Source of the DNA: an uncultured Candidatus Saccharibacteria bacterium
GTDB lineage: Bacteria; Patescibacteriota; Minisyncoccia; Phycocordibacterales; WO2-35-19
Reading direction: 5' to 3'
DNA length: 57,309 bases
Assembly: GCA_964365465.1 (NCBI GenBank)
Contig: CAYIPT010000001.1
Location: forward strand, 1 to 57,309
The notes under the pieces are model-generated. The model made no database searches. It saw only the letters and a list, made by a program, of their open reading frames with translations, and was not told where the DNA came from. This document shows positions 1-9,673 of the stretch, piece by piece. The position numbers and the translations under genes were made by a program. Within the stretch, counting starts at the first letter, position 1. The number at the start of each line of letters is the position of its first letter.

Positions 1-135
1 GCGGAAGCGATCTCCAAAACAAATGTCTATGTGAGTGCGAACCGCCGGCCACGCCGCGACACATATTTATAATAACTCACTCGTTAACAATTTCAAACAC
101 CCCATTCCCAATTTTATGTATTCCAATGTTTTAAA

Positions 136-223
136 AGTCCTCACCCCAATCTAGATTTTAGTATAATGTAGAAATTGCTCGCCCCCTCTCCTTGGCAAGG
201 AGAGGGGATAAGGGGTGAGGACT
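136..223. repeat. GC-rich hairpin element, copy E1
   Basis: A perfect 12-bp inverted repeat, agtcctcacccc (136-147) and ggggtgaggact (212-223), encloses a 9-bp-stem hairpin: cccctctcc (183-191), loop ttggcaa, ggagagggg (199-207). It lies in the intergenic region downstream of the 448..2610 gene. Confidence 0.7.
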
Positions 224-250
224 CTATTGAGAAAATAAAATCTTTTTTGT

Positions 251-320
251 CTTCCCTCCCCTAATCACTTGTCCCGCCATAGCTTTAGCGAAGGAGGAAG
301 GGGAGGGCGAGGGTGGGGTT
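251..320. repeat. GC-rich hairpin element, copy E2 (degenerate, large loop)
   Basis: cttccctcccct (251-262) is identical to 47962-47973. ccctcccc (254-261) pairs with ggggaggg (300-307). The tail gggtggggtt (311-320) is identical to 48000-48009. Confidence 0.6.
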
Positions 321-325
321 TTTAT

Positions 326-353
326 AAAAACGAAAACGCCACCGTTAGGTGGC
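326..353 (-). terminator. Rho-independent terminator candidate for the 448..2610 gene
   Basis: On the minus strand: GCCACC, loop taac, GGTGGC (338-353), followed by GTTTTCGTTTTT. Confidence 0.55.
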
Positions 354-447
354 TCTTTCGTAGACATTCATTTGTGTGGAAATTGCTTTGCCACACTCAC
401 GGGGTGAAGTATAGCATATTATAGAAATAATGCAAATTTTCTGTGGA

Positions 448-2610
448 TTACGGATTTCTTCCTGCTTGAATTTCCTTTATATAATAATCCCCTTTTTCTT
501 TAAAAGTTGGGTCTAATTTTATAATTTCTTGTATAGTTTGAACCGCTTCCACTCTTCTTTCGGTTTGCAAGTAAGCGGCAACAAGAGTAATTCTATGTTG
601 CAGATTTCCCGGATCAAGTTCAATTCTTTTTTGGGCCACTAAAATTATTTGGTCATACTGTTTGAGGACCAGAAGCATAGAAACATACCTGTCGTCAAAA
701 ATCATTTTTGTTTCTGGCATGGTACCCAAAATTTTATCTGAATTTAATTTATCGCCAGCAACCATTAAGATTAAACCGTAAACAAATTTAGTCTCTTCAT
801 AAGACGGTTCAACCTCATAGGCATATTTAGAAACAATCAAAGCTTCTTTTGTTTTACCATCAAGTAAAAGATTACTTGTCAATTCAAGATCTATACCTTG
901 TTTTTTGGGAGAAAGTTTTTGAGCTTCCACTAATTGTTCAACCGCTCGTCCATACCAACCAAATCTTGAAAGAAAAATTCCATAAAAAAGTCTGTAGCGG
1001 GCATCATCTGGTACTTTTTCTATATTTTTTTTGAAGGCGCCATCTACCAAATCAAAAAGTTTTTGTTTTAATTCCACCGGAACACTGGGATTGGTCACCA
1101 GACTCATTGTTGTTTGCGATATATGTTCCAAACTTTCGGGAAAACCCATACCATAACCAGCAAGCGGTTTGGTGTATTCCATTATCGTTCCAATCTTACC
1201 TTGATTATTTAAACTCAAAACTGTCAACAAATTTTTATTTTGTTGCCACGGCAAATAAATAACTAAATAAATTACAACTATGGTAAAAATCAAAATGAGT
1301 GCTTCAATCATTGGACGCCATTTTTCCGAATCGGAAAAAATCTTAATTCTCTTTGTTCCCGGCACATTAGAATGTACAAAAGCCAGCACTGTAAAAAATA
1401 AAATATAACTGCTTATCTGGTCAAAAACAAAAATATTGTTAAATAAATAGGCCGACACTAAACCCAAAATTATGGCTTTATCTCTCTTTTCTAATTCTGA
1501 TGACTTAATCGTGTAATAAAAAAGATAAAAAATTATAGCCGAATAAGAAAGCAGGCCTAGAGCACCACCGGCAATTAACCAATCCAAGTAAGTATCATGC
1601 GCCCTATCAAACCATGGCTCTTGTTTATACATTCGCGGATCATAATATTTATTAAAAACAAAATTGAAACCTTCCTGTCCCCAACCTAAAATTGGTTTTT
1701 CTATAAAACCTTTTATGGCCATCGGCCAGACGAAATATCGGCCCTGAGTTTTGATTTCAGAAAATGAAAGCGAGGCAAATCGGCTAAGTACCGAATTTTT
1801 TTGAATAAAAGAAGTATTTTTGACAGAAATAAAAATGCCAACAAAAATAATTAAGATCAAAAGACCCATGCCAGCTATTTTTCTTATGCCATCCCCTTTT
1901 TCTGATCTTAATAAAAGATAAATCAAAGAAATTAAAACTCCTCCAATAAAACCCAGTATGGCACCTCTGGTAGCCGTAAAATAAAGGATAATAATATCGG
2001 CAAGGCCAACCAAACCCAATAAAATTTTAGACCATAAATTTTTAGACTTAATAAAAAGAAAACTCGCAAAGAAAATATGGAAAACCATATAAATACCTAA
2101 ATAAGAAGCGTTGCCCAAAGTGCCATCCACTCTCACCCCGCCCTGATTTATATTAATTTTGCCGGCCAGCTGAAAAAAGGAATAAGTAGCCATTATGGCA
2201 GAGGCGCCAACGGTGGTAACCAAAAGTTTGTTCCAAATTTCTTTTGTTTTTAAAACAGAACTCATAACCAAAAAGAAAGCACCCAAATGCAAGAGAGTGA
2301 CATAGCCCTCCATTCTTTCATAATTGCTCCAGAAGGCCTTGAAAGAATTAACGGCAAAAACATCGGCCATAGCCATAACTAACAGAAAGACGGCCAGAGC
2401 GCCCAATATCCACGAAAATTTGGGGCGATATGACTTATCCCTTATGGCTAAAACCAGATAACAGGCAAAAATTATTTCCACAATGAGTCGGAAAACAAAG
2501 GCCTTGCCTGTAATAAAAGGAAAAAAGAGGGACTTAGCCACTATCAAAGGCACAAACGGAATAGCAAAAAGCCCGGCTAAAACAATATATTTAAGCTGAT
2601 TATTGCTCAC
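448..2610 (-). CDS. O-antigen ligase/polymerase-like (Wzy_C-type) polytopic membrane protein with a C-terminal TPR domain
   Basis: About 12 hydrophobic segments. TATRGAILGFIGG resembles the Wzy_C/O-antigen-ligase loop motif. The C-terminal ~200 aa is helical-repeat/TPR-like (AVEQLVEAQKLSPKK, IELDPGN, IIKLDPTF). GTG start with TATCAT 7 nt upstream. Confidence 0.65.
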   Translation of the reverse strand: MSNNQLKYIVLAGLFAIPFVPLIVAKSLFFPFITGKAFVFRLIVEIIFACYLVLAIRDKSYRPKFSWILGALAVFLLVMAMADVFAVNSFKAFWSNYERMEGYVTLLHLGAFFLVMSSVLKTKEIWNKLLVTTVGASAIMATYSFFQLAGKININQGGVRVDGTLGNASYLGIYMVFHIFFASFLFIKSKNLWSKILLGLVGLADIIILYFTATRGAILGFIGGVLISLIYLLLRSEKGDGIRKIAGMGLLILIIFVGIFISVKNTSFIQKNSVLSRFASLSFSEIKTQGRYFVWPMAIKGFIEKPILGWGQEGFNFVFNKYYDPRMYKQEPWFDRAHDTYLDWLIAGGALGLLSYSAIIFYLFYYTIKSSELEKRDKAIILGLVSAYLFNNIFVFDQISSYILFFTVLAFVHSNVPGTKRIKIFSDSEKWRPMIEALILIFTIVVIYLVIYLPWQQNKNLLTVLSLNNQGKIGTIMEYTKPLAGYGMGFPESLEHISQTTMSLVTNPSVPVELKQKLFDLVDGAFKKNIEKVPDDARYRLFYGIFLSRFGWYGRAVEQLVEAQKLSPKKQGIDLELTSNLLLDGKTKEALIVSKYAYEVEPSYEETKFVYGLILMVAGDKLNSDKILGTMPETKMIFDDRYVSMLLVLKQYDQIILVAQKRIELDPGNLQHRITLVAAYLQTERRVEAVQTIQEIIKLDPTFKEKGDYYIKEIQAGRNP

Positions 2611-2644
2611 TTAATCAATGATACTAAAATAAATTAAAATATCA

Positions 2645-2670
2645 ACAAAAAGGGCGACTGCTAGCCGCCC
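2645..2670 (-). terminator. Rho-independent terminator candidate for the 2687..3439 gene
   Basis: The GGGCG...CGCCC hairpin (2652-2670) is followed on the minus strand by TTTTTGTTG. Confidence 0.5.
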
Positions 2671-2686
2671 CTGCTCTCACCTTGTG

Positions 2687-3439
2687 TCAGTGAGAGGTCA
2701 ATTCGCCAGTTAAAAATTCTATCTCCCGCTTGATCTCTTCGAAGGTCGTGTATTCCCCCTCAAGAATCAGCGGCACATTCTTTGCGGCAAGCACTCGGCC
2801 GACGAATTCAACGATCGTCTTGGTGTTTGTCGCCTTGTGTACTAGAGAATGGATGTTGTCTTTCGTTTCCCCACTAACATGGAGATGGGTCAGATGACTT
2901 TTTAATGATTCGAGGAGGTCAGTGGCATACTTCATGCCGAGGTCATGTTCGTAAGCATGCTGAACATCCAGAACAAACTTGCATCTGGTAGACGCCACCA
3001 GCACTTCAAGTTCTGCCAGATTGAAACCACTATCCTTCCTCCGATCCATATTCTCGATGGCCAAAGGAATACCGGCGGCAATCATCCTTTCGTAAGATTC
3101 CACCGGATACTCACCCCCCACTTTCAGAGGATGGGTCACCGCAGTTGTCGCCCCGCACAAGGCGACCGCCTTTTTTGCCGTCGCAATCTGGAGTTCCGGC
3201 TTCAAACCGCAGACATCGGGAAGATGCAAAGACCGATGGATAAAAGTTTTGGCACCAAATGCCCTGTCCGCTTTAAGCGAGAGCATTCTCTTATCCTCAC
3301 TTTCCCATCTAGCCAAGCAAACTTCCACTGCATTTGCTCCGGTCGTTTTCAAAAATGCCGCCTGCTGGGTTAACGAAAAGATTTCTTTCGCGTACAACCA
3401 GCCGGTTGACGGGCCAATTACCAAATTCCGTATAGACAA
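2687..3439 (-). CDS. Xylose-isomerase-like TIM-barrel protein (sugar phosphate isomerase/epimerase family)
   Basis: The spaced motifs SLHLPD, LAIENMD, LDVQHAYE and THLHVSGE resemble the metal-ligand pattern of AP_endonuc_2/xylose-isomerase-like barrels. TTG start is preceded by GGAGGTG. GC is noticeably higher than in neighbouring genes. Confidence 0.5.
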   Translation of the reverse strand: MSIRNLVIGPSTGWLYAKEIFSLTQQAAFLKTTGANAVEVCLARWESEDKRMLSLKADRAFGAKTFIHRSLHLPDVCGLKPELQIATAKKAVALCGATTAVTHPLKVGGEYPVESYERMIAAGIPLAIENMDRRKDSGFNLAELEVLVASTRCKFVLDVQHAYEHDLGMKYATDLLESLKSHLTHLHVSGETKDNIHSLVHKATNTKTIVEFVGRVLAAKNVPLILEGEYTTFEEIKREIEFLTGELTSH

Positions 3440-3462
3440 TGTTCACCTCCATTTCTGGTGTG

Positions 3463-3491
3463 AGAATATTACATTATTTACAAAAAGTCAA
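3463..3491 (-). promoter_or_regulatory. Sigma70-like promoter for 2687..3439
   Basis: Minus strand reads TTGACT-N17-TATTCT. The SD GGAGGTG lies at 3444-3450. Confidence 0.55.
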
Positions 3492-3591
3492 GACATTTGG
3501 TAATTTTATTTCATCCATATAAATCAGATACACTTTTTCTAGATGACGATAGTGTGCCTGTATATATTACTAAATTAAATATAAATATCAA

Positions 3592-3625
3592 TAAAAAGAA
3601 ACCAACCGGTACGACCAGTTGGTTT
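3592..3625 (-). terminator. Rho-independent terminator for 3652..3924
   Basis: AAACCAAC (3599-3606) pairs with GTTGGTTT (3618-3625), with an inner GGT/ACC pairing. The hairpin is followed on the minus strand by CTTTTTTATTG. Confidence 0.65.
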
Positions 3626-3651
3626 GATAGCCAAGCAATATTGGCTAGACC

Positions 3652-3924
3652 TTATTTACGAAATCTTGCCGGCGGTCCTGTAAGTTTGGCACCTCTTTCC
3701 CGCGCCCACGCCTTGATTTTTTCGGCATCCTCAACTTTAAAGACGCCGTAATATTCAGCTCTATCACTTTCGCCTTGGCCCATCACCGGATATATCCTAT
3801 GCCTGATACGAAACTCCCCGAACTCATTCAGGAAATCTCTGTAGCGATCATAGCACCCCCGGTCATTTCTCTTCGGCTGAATACCAATCCGAACGAACAC
3901 AACATCAGTAGTTGAAATCGTCAT
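3652..3924 (-). CDS. Hypothetical small protein (90 aa)
   Basis: The ORF has its own promoter, a strong SD (GGTGGAGG) and a terminator. No family was recognised. GC is higher than average. Confidence 0.6.
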   Translation of the reverse strand: MTISTTDVVFVRIGIQPKRNDRGCYDRYRDFLNEFGEFRIRHRIYPVMGQGESDRAEYYGVFKVEDAEKIKAWARERGAKLTGPPARFRK

Positions 3925-3945
3925 AAGGAAGAACCTCCACCTTTT

Positions 3946-3973
3946 ATTATATCAAACCTGTTAGATTTGTCAA
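3946..3973 (-). promoter_or_regulatory. Sigma70-like promoter for 3652..3924
   Basis: Minus strand reads TTGACA-N16-TATAAT. Confidence 0.6.
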
Positions 3974-3987
3974 TAGGTCGTAATGTA

Positions 3988-4410
3988 TCATGACCTTTGC
4001 AAGACTTGGGATAATTTAATTTCCCTTGTTTCCAATCTTTCCCAAAATGCTTTTTTTAGTTCCGGAGCAAGAGAAAAATCGTTAGTTTCCTTTGGCTCAT
4101 GAGAAAAAACATTAAACCCTTGCTCATTATAGCGAGGCACCAAGTGCCAATGCACTTGTTTTATTTCATCCATGTACATCAAATACACTTTCTCCACATT
4201 CAAAGTTTTCAAAAGCGCGTCGCGGGCAATATCGACGATTTCCATGAGGTAGTCATATTCGGAATCCGAAAGGTCGTGCAAATCCGGTAAATCTTTTTTC
4301 CAGACAACGACGGTGTGTCCTTTGGTTATAGGGAAAAGGGCCGAGGCCACATACAGCCATTCATTATCATAAATTATCGATTCAATCGGCGGTTTTGGAA
4401 GTGACGACAT
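3988..4410 (-). CDS. HIT (histidine triad) family nucleotide hydrolase/transferase
   Basis: QVHWHLVPRY matches the histidine-triad motif HxHxHxx with the first His replaced by Q. Size is ~140 aa. Confidence 0.7.
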   Translation of the reverse strand: MSSLPKPPIESIIYDNEWLYVASALFPITKGHTVVVWKKDLPDLHDLSDSEYDYLMEIVDIARDALLKTLNVEKVYLMYMDEIKQVHWHLVPRYNEQGFNVFSHEPKETNDFSLAPELKKAFWERLETREIKLSQVLQRS

Positions 4411-4437
4411 GTTGTTTATAATACTAAAATATAATTC

Positions 4438-5268
4438 TTAAATCAAAAACAGCAAACCTATAATAATGCAAACGGCAACTAAAAATTTGAGTAATGGTCT
4501 TTTTTCCTTAAAATAAATATCACCAGAAAGTGTTGAGAACAAAACAGCTCCTCCGCGCAAAATTGCTATGACAACCGATGGAGAAGCAAATTGGTAGGCA
4601 AAACTTTCAAAAACGGCGCAAAACCCGCTCGCAGCGGCCTGCAAAAAGAAAATTGGTTTTAAAATAAATTTTAGCGGATTTTCTTTGTCTTTAACTATAG
4701 CCATAATGAAAAAGAAAGTTAGTAAAAATAATGAGACGATAATTTGTTCCGCTTCAACCGAATTAAAATGACTGATATTGTATTTATAAATTGAAATAGT
4801 GGCTACAGGAAGAACAGCGCTTACCAAAAGAAGACCCAAACCTTTTTTATTGAAATTTTTAGAAAACCCGACAAAAGCAATAGCGAAAACAATAATTATT
4901 ATTCCTATTATTTGGATAAGACCAATTGTATAACCCATTATTAAATCCGTTGCCAATAGAAGCGGAATTGTAAGCGTCCTCACAAATCCAAAGATGCTCC
5001 TGTCTGCTTTAGCGAGAGCTGACATGGTTATGCAATACAAAACAATTTCAATCACAATCCTTATGGCAAGAGTAGGAATAGACTCAAATGAAAAATAAAA
5101 AACGCCGCGCAAAATAGCAGTAATCACGAGAAACAAAACACCAAAAATCAAGCTTAAAAAGGTTATGGTATAAATACCAGCGCTTTGTTTTTGTATTTCT
5201 TTTTTGCCTATAGAATCAGAAACTTCTCTAAAAAGACTGCTGCCGAGAGCCAAATAAAATCCTATCAT
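4438..5268 (-). CDS. DMT/EamA-like 10-TM transporter
   Basis: A wholly hydrophobic two-fold-repeat architecture of ~276 aa, typical of EamA-domain proteins. Confidence 0.55.
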   Translation of the reverse strand: MIGFYLALGSSLFREVSDSIGKKEIQKQSAGIYTITFLSLIFGVLFLVITAILRGVFYFSFESIPTLAIRIVIEIVLYCITMSALAKADRSIFGFVRTLTIPLLLATDLIMGYTIGLIQIIGIIIIVFAIAFVGFSKNFNKKGLGLLLVSAVLPVATISIYKYNISHFNSVEAEQIIVSLFLLTFFFIMAIVKDKENPLKFILKPIFFLQAAASGFCAVFESFAYQFASPSVVIAILRGGAVLFSTLSGDIYFKEKRPLLKFLVAVCIIIGLLFLI

Positions 5269-5315
5269 TTAACCACAATGATACATCTTTTTTATTTAAA
5301 ATGTAAAATCATAAT

Positions 5316-6068
5316 TTAATACCGCACTGACACTCCTTTTGATCTCAAATAATCCTTGGCCTCAAGCGGCGTTTGTTCAGTAAAATGAAAAATGCTAGCC
5401 GCCGCTACCGCCGAAGCTCCTGCTTTTATTGCCTTTAGCATATCTTTATAATTGCCCGCGCCACCGGAAGCTATAACCGGAATACTGACAGCCTTAACCA
5501 CCCGACTTATTAATTCCAAATCATAGCCTTTCATAGTGCCATCCCGTTCAATGGAAGTAATGAGAATTTCACCGGCGCCAAGCTTTTCGGCTTTTTTGGC
5601 TAATTCGGTCGGTGATATACTCACCGGTTTAGTTCCGCTATGGCTAAAACATTCATATTGGTCCCCTATTCGTTTGGCATCTATACTTACCACAACGCAT
5701 TGTGAACCAAACTTTTGGGCAATTTGAGAAATCAGTTTTGGATTATTAAATATCGCGCTATTGATACAAACTTTGTCCGCGCCGGCTCCCAAAATTTTCC
5801 TGACATTTTCAACATTTTTGATACCACCACCAACAGTGAGCGGGACGAAACATTCTTTTGAGAAATCGCTTATTTCTTGGTAATCCGGCTCTCTATTTTC
5901 ATTGGTGGCGATAATATCAACAACTATTAATTCGTCCACCTGACGCAAATTATAAACTTTTATGGCCGGCAAAATCGGTCCGACTCTGCGCCAATTATCA
6001 AAACCTGACCCTTTGACCAGGCCGGGATCCTTCCATAATAAAGTTGGCATTACTCTGGTTTTTAACAT
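5316..6068 (-). CDS. HisF-like cyclase subunit (WbuZ-type, glycan-locus paralogue of imidazole glycerol phosphate synthase)
   Basis: Motifs DELIVVDI, PLTVGGGI, ADKVCINSA, VVVSIDAK, GAGEILITSIERDGTMKGYDLEL and IPVIASGGAG are present. It is adjacent to the HisH-like gene and the amidotransferase. Confidence 0.85.
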   Translation of the reverse strand: MLKTRVMPTLLWKDPGLVKGSGFDNWRRVGPILPAIKVYNLRQVDELIVVDIIATNENREPDYQEISDFSKECFVPLTVGGGIKNVENVRKILGAGADKVCINSAIFNNPKLISQIAQKFGSQCVVVSIDAKRIGDQYECFSHSGTKPVSISPTELAKKAEKLGAGEILITSIERDGTMKGYDLELISRVVKAVSIPVIASGGAGNYKDMLKAIKAGASAVAAASIFHFTEQTPLEAKDYLRSKGVSVRY

Positions 6069-6683
6069 TTAAATACTTAAAAAGTTTTTTAAAATCATAA
6101 ATCCGGTCAGGCCGCTTTTTTCCGGATGAAATTGGGTACCGTAAATATTTTTTTTATTAACAACAGAAACAAAATTATTGCAATATGGAGTAGTGGCTAA
6201 TATATCTTTTTTATTGGTTGGTACCAAATGATAACTATGAACAAAATAAAAATCGGCGCCCGGTAGAACCCCCTCCAGCAACAAATCTTTGCGCTTTTGA
6301 TGTATTTGATTCCAACCAACATGAGGGATTCTCTCACCACCCTCGGACGATTTAAGCTTCTCCACCTGACCAGAAATCAAACCAAGCCCGGGAGTCTCTC
6401 CGCCCTCTTCGCCACTATCGGCCAAAAGTTGCATCCCAAGACAAATACCCAAAATTGGAATTTCTTTTTCCAAAACAAATTGTTTAATAAATTCTGGCCA
6501 ACCCCGATCTCTTAGATTTTTCATTCCAACATGGAAAGAGCCGACACCGGGTAAAATTATTTTTTCAAATTTTTCTGATTTTTTGGGATAGTCGTTGACA
6601 AAAACCTTCCCCCCGCATTCTTCAACCGCTCTACTGACAGAACCGAGATTGCTCACGCCATAATCAATAATTAATGTTTTCAT
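6069..6683 (-). CDS. HisH-like glutamine amidotransferase subunit (WbuY-type)
   Basis: Motifs IIDYGVSNLGSV, LPGVGSF, GICLGMQLL (catalytic Cys), YFVHSY and GTQFHPEKSG are present. Confidence 0.85.
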   Translation of the reverse strand: MKTLIIDYGVSNLGSVSRAVEECGGKVFVNDYPKKSEKFEKIILPGVGSFHVGMKNLRDRGWPEFIKQFVLEKEIPILGICLGMQLLADSGEEGGETPGLGLISGQVEKLKSSEGGERIPHVGWNQIHQKRKDLLLEGVLPGADFYFVHSYHLVPTNKKDILATTPYCNNFVSVVNKKNIYGTQFHPEKSGLTGFMILKNFLSI

Positions 6684-6690
6684 AAGAAAA

Positions 6691-7836
6691 TCACTTTACC
6701 GGGTATCGTCTTGAGAGATTACCGTCTTTGTCTTTAATTAAATTACCGCGAGCATCAGTTTTGAATACTTTTTTGTTGGTGAACTTATCGCAAATAGATA
6801 TAAATTCGTCCAACGGAATATCCAAAGGCTTTAGAATTTCCTGAATTGGCTTACCCAAATAAGTCCATGGGAATTTGCCGTCATGGCGATTGACCAAATC
6901 TACAGCCGTCTCCCGGTCAATCCTTCCTCTTCTTAAATGAAGACATGCATGATCTGTCGCCCGTCCAAAGCCAAATTTTAAGAATTTGAAATAATCATGA
7001 ATGCCGGACTGGTAATTATCCAAATTTTCATAATTGACTATTGACACTTCAATATTTTTTTCATAAGTGGTCATGCCCAAAGCCTGAGAAATAAGAGCAT
7101 TGGAATATCCATCCCAAGGAAAATAATACCCCAAGAATATTCCTGTCACCCCCACTCTTTCCAATTCTTCATCGGTTGGATAAGTAAAAGGTATCATATG
7201 TTTTTTTTCGATTCCCTCTTGACCCATCATATCAGAAACACGCAAGCCGAGTAGACCGCCAAATTCTTCAAGCCATCTGCGATTTAAAACATTGTTTTTA
7301 GCGTTGGTGGCGGGACCACCATATTCATTTTGAGAATTCTCTCCCCAAACAATAAGCGGAATGTTGTATTGGACCGCCGCGCGGACCGGTATAGTAAAAA
7401 TACTGACATGTTCCGGCCAGGAAATATCTCCGATTTGCTTCAGACCTATCCTGTTTAATTTATGCCTAACGATAGGATTGGTGCTAAATTCAACATAATC
7501 TACCCCAAGTTTTTTTAAATTCTCGATATTTTTCCTTCCTATCATTGACAAATGGCAAGTAGTCGCGGTAACACAGAGAGGATTTAGACCATGTTTAAGC
7601 AAAGTATAAACTTGAAAAGTGCTGTCTTTACCGCCACTAACTGGAACAATACAATCATAATCACTAAAATTCTTTGACCTATATTTCTCAATTATTTTCA
7701 GAAATTCTTTTTTTCGATTCTGCCAATTGATTTCTTTGCGGTTTTCATAAAATCGGCAAGCACTACAAACTCCGTCTTTATCTATTACGAGATCTGGTTT
7801 GGTATCCGGCATCACACAACATTGACAATATTTCAT
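6691..7836 (-). CDS. N-acetyl sugar amidotransferase (WbuX/PseA-type PP-loop enzyme)
   Basis: N-terminal Cys pairs (CQCC...CSAC) and the PP-loop VPVSGGKDSTFQ. The gene sits immediately upstream of the HisH/HisF paralogues. Confidence 0.8.
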   Translation of the reverse strand: MKYCQCCVMPDTKPDLVIDKDGVCSACRFYENRKEINWQNRKKEFLKIIEKYRSKNFSDYDCIVPVSGGKDSTFQVYTLLKHGLNPLCVTATTCHLSMIGRKNIENLKKLGVDYVEFSTNPIVRHKLNRIGLKQIGDISWPEHVSIFTIPVRAAVQYNIPLIVWGENSQNEYGGPATNAKNNVLNRRWLEEFGGLLGLRVSDMMGQEGIEKKHMIPFTYPTDEELERVGVTGIFLGYYFPWDGYSNALISQALGMTTYEKNIEVSIVNYENLDNYQSGIHDYFKFLKFGFGRATDHACLHLRRGRIDRETAVDLVNRHDGKFPWTYLGKPIQEILKPLDIPLDEFISICDKFTNKKVFKTDARGNLIKDKDGNLSRRYPVK

Positions 7837-7901
7837 TTTAAAATTTATTTTCTAATAAAAACTGGGTTTCTTAAATAGAATATGCATAAAAACCATAAGT
7901 G

Positions 7902-8609
7902 TCAATGTTTAGAATCTTGACTATGCAAAGTATTAAATTTGATTTCAGCTATTTTCCAATCTTCCTCGTTATCTATATCTTGAGCTTCCGACTCCAGCGC
8001 TTCCAAAGGCATCGTGGATTTCATAAATAAAGTTTTTTGTTTCAAGAAACTTTCGACCTTAAAAAAATAAAATTGGCCGCAATCGTGATAGGCGAGTTCC
8101 AAGTCCTGCGAACGGGTATTGTAATTTTCCGGCCAAAACATTTCCGCCATTCCATCTTCTTTTCTAATCCTAAACGCCCTCTGTATGGGGAAGCCGAATC
8201 TCGTTACCAGCACCACCGAATCGGTGCCGCTGTCCATAAGCATCTGTTTGGCTTTTTGCAATTTTTCGCCTGTGACAAAAACCGCCGTGGGATAAATGCA
8301 ACAGGCGTAATCAAACTCCTTTCCCAGTTTTTTGTACTCCATAATCACTTCTTCCAAAACCGGAGTAGTCGTTACTGTATCGGTTGAATTTTCTTTGGAG
8401 CGTAAAAATGGCACCTTAGCGCCAAAAGATTTTGCTATTTCTGCTATCTCCGTGTCATCCGTGGAAATCATTATCTCATCAAATATGCCACTTTCTTTTG
8501 CTGCATCTATAGAATATTTTATAATAGGTCGCCCAGCAAAATTTTTTATATTTTTTCTGGGGATCCTTTTGCTCCCACCCCTGGCCGGTATCACGGCTAA
8601 AATTTTCAT
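7902..8609 (-). CDS. pseF: Pseudaminic acid cytidylyltransferase (CMP-nonulosonate synthetase family)
   Basis: MKILAVIPARGGSKRIPRKNIKNFAGRPII is the acylneuraminate cytidylyltransferase N-terminus. Start moved to the internal ATG at 8609 because TATAAT lies 6 nt upstream and the ORF-track extension (8610-8669) is occupied by a terminator hairpin. Pse context is given by the neighbouring genes. Confidence 0.75.
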   Translation of the reverse strand: MKILAVIPARGGSKRIPRKNIKNFAGRPIIKYSIDAAKESGIFDEIMISTDDTEIAEIAKSFGAKVPFLRSKENSTDTVTTTPVLEEVIMEYKKLGKEFDYACCIYPTAVFVTGEKLQKAKQMLMDSGTDSVVLVTRFGFPIQRAFRIRKEDGMAEMFWPENYNTRSQDLELAYHDCGQFYFFKVESFLKQKTLFMKSTMPLEALESEAQDIDNEEDWKIAEIKFNTLHSQDSKH

Positions 8610-8626
8610 ATTAGCATTATAATACC

Positions 8627-8664
8627 ACAAAAATATAGCTCGAGGAAATGCCTTCCCCGAGCTA
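8627..8664 (-). terminator. Rho-independent terminator for 8676..9572
   Basis: TAGCTCG (8636-8642) pairs with CGAGCTA (8658-8664), followed on the minus strand by TATTTTTGTGG. Confidence 0.6.
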
Positions 8665-8675
8665 CACAAAACACA

Positions 8676-9572
8676 TCAATTCCCATAACTCACGGCCACC
8701 AGCGCTCCGCCAGCTATGGCAAGGCCGATCAAAAACCAATCAGCCATACGAAAACCTTTCCGCTCATTAAAGATCCAGAGACCGATGAGAGCCGGCAGAA
8801 CCATTTCAGAAACGAGAAAGATCGGCTGGACGATGGTTTGCGGCGCTCGCTCATAGGCCATATAACCAAGCGCCAGCGCAATCATCATCATACTGCCCAT
8901 TATCCCGACATACCCGAAATCCCGCCGCACAAATGGAGGATTGATTTGATGATGATATCTCTTTACATAAACAAAAATGGAAAGAGAACCAACCCAGGCG
9001 CCAGCATACCAGAAACAGACGAAAGTGCTGACTGATATATGCTGGACCCCCCACAATTTCATAAGGAATGTAGCCACCCCCCACACTACGCTGTAAAAAC
9101 CAACATAGAAGTAGAAAGATGCTGGAATCAGACTGTTGCCTGTTTCTGTCTTTTTCCGGTAATCGCGAATTGCAAAGAACACCACAGCCAAAAAGCTTGC
9201 GGCAATTCCGGTTCCACTAAGCAGATTGATAAATCGGCTCTCGTGGAGAATCATGCAACTTAGACTTACAGCAATGACATCGTCAAAAAACGTGAAAAGC
9301 GAGTTCCTGCTCAGGTTGATGCTAATCGCCTTCCACTGGCAATACGCGGCCAAGCCGTTGGCAATTCCCACCCCAAAAATGAACAGGGTGGTCTCGTTAA
9401 ACACCAACTGCCCGCGCCATATTGCCCACAATAGGGCAACCAAAGCGCAAAACGAGAAATTCAGAAAATTGCGCTTCTGGATGGAATGCTTCATTCCAAC
9501 ATGTTTGGAAACCCACGGAAACAGCACATGGGCTGTTAAAACCTTTAAGATTACTGGGATATACCACAACAT
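8676..9572 (-). CDS. DMT/EamA-like polytopic membrane protein
   Basis: About 10 TM segments, with EamA-like ends of the repeats (ILHESRF, LWIFNERKGF). It has its own promoter and the SD AGGAGGTG. GC is higher than in flanking genes. Confidence 0.5.
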   Translation of the reverse strand: MLWYIPVILKVLTAHVLFPWVSKHVGMKHSIQKRNFLNFSFCALVALLWAIWRGQLVFNETTLFIFGVGIANGLAAYCQWKAISINLSRNSLFTFFDDVIAVSLSCMILHESRFINLLSGTGIAASFLAVVFFAIRDYRKKTETGNSLIPASFYFYVGFYSVVWGVATFLMKLWGVQHISVSTFVCFWYAGAWVGSLSIFVYVKRYHHQINPPFVRRDFGYVGIMGSMMMIALALGYMAYERAPQTIVQPIFLVSEMVLPALIGLWIFNERKGFRMADWFLIGLAIAGGALVAVSYGN

Positions 9573-9595
9573 TTAACACCTCCTTTTCTGACACC

Positions 9596-9624
9596 ATGAT
9601 AGTACGGTCATTAAATAATGTCAA
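9596..9624 (-). promoter_or_regulatory. Sigma70-like promoter for 8676..9572
   Basis: Minus strand reads TTGACA-N17-TATCAT. Confidence 0.55.
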
Positions 9625-9626
9625 TG

Positions 9627-9654
9627 TAGACAAATTTGGTGGTATGATTATAAT
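9627..9654 (+). promoter_or_regulatory. Sigma70-like promoter for 9674..10222 (divergent partner)
   Basis: TAGACA-N16-TATAAT. The SD AGGAG lies at 9663-9667. Confidence 0.5.
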
Positions 9655-9673
9655 TCAATTGTAGGAGAAAGCC

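Noticed and set aside
1-72. A GC-rich stretch at the window edge. Frame 1 is open from base 1 to a TAA at 70-72 (…AEAISKTNVYVSANRRPRRDTYL*). It could be the 3-prime end of a plus-strand gene, or part of an RNA gene.
   Set aside because: Only 23 codons are visible and no motif is recognisable. I also could not fit it to tRNA, tmRNA, RNase P or rRNA ends. Left unannotated.
25-402. Short complementary segments (tgtcta/tagaca and gtgagtg/cactcac) between the window start and 361-402, which hinted at a long-range helix.
   Set aside because: The two pairings are not nested in antiparallel order, so they cannot form one helix. They are short enough to occur by chance.
3497-3751. A plus-strand 84-aa ORF in the gap between 2687..3439 and 3652..3924.
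   Set aside because: It runs through the promoter of one minus-strand gene and the terminator and 3-prime end of the other. There is no SD.
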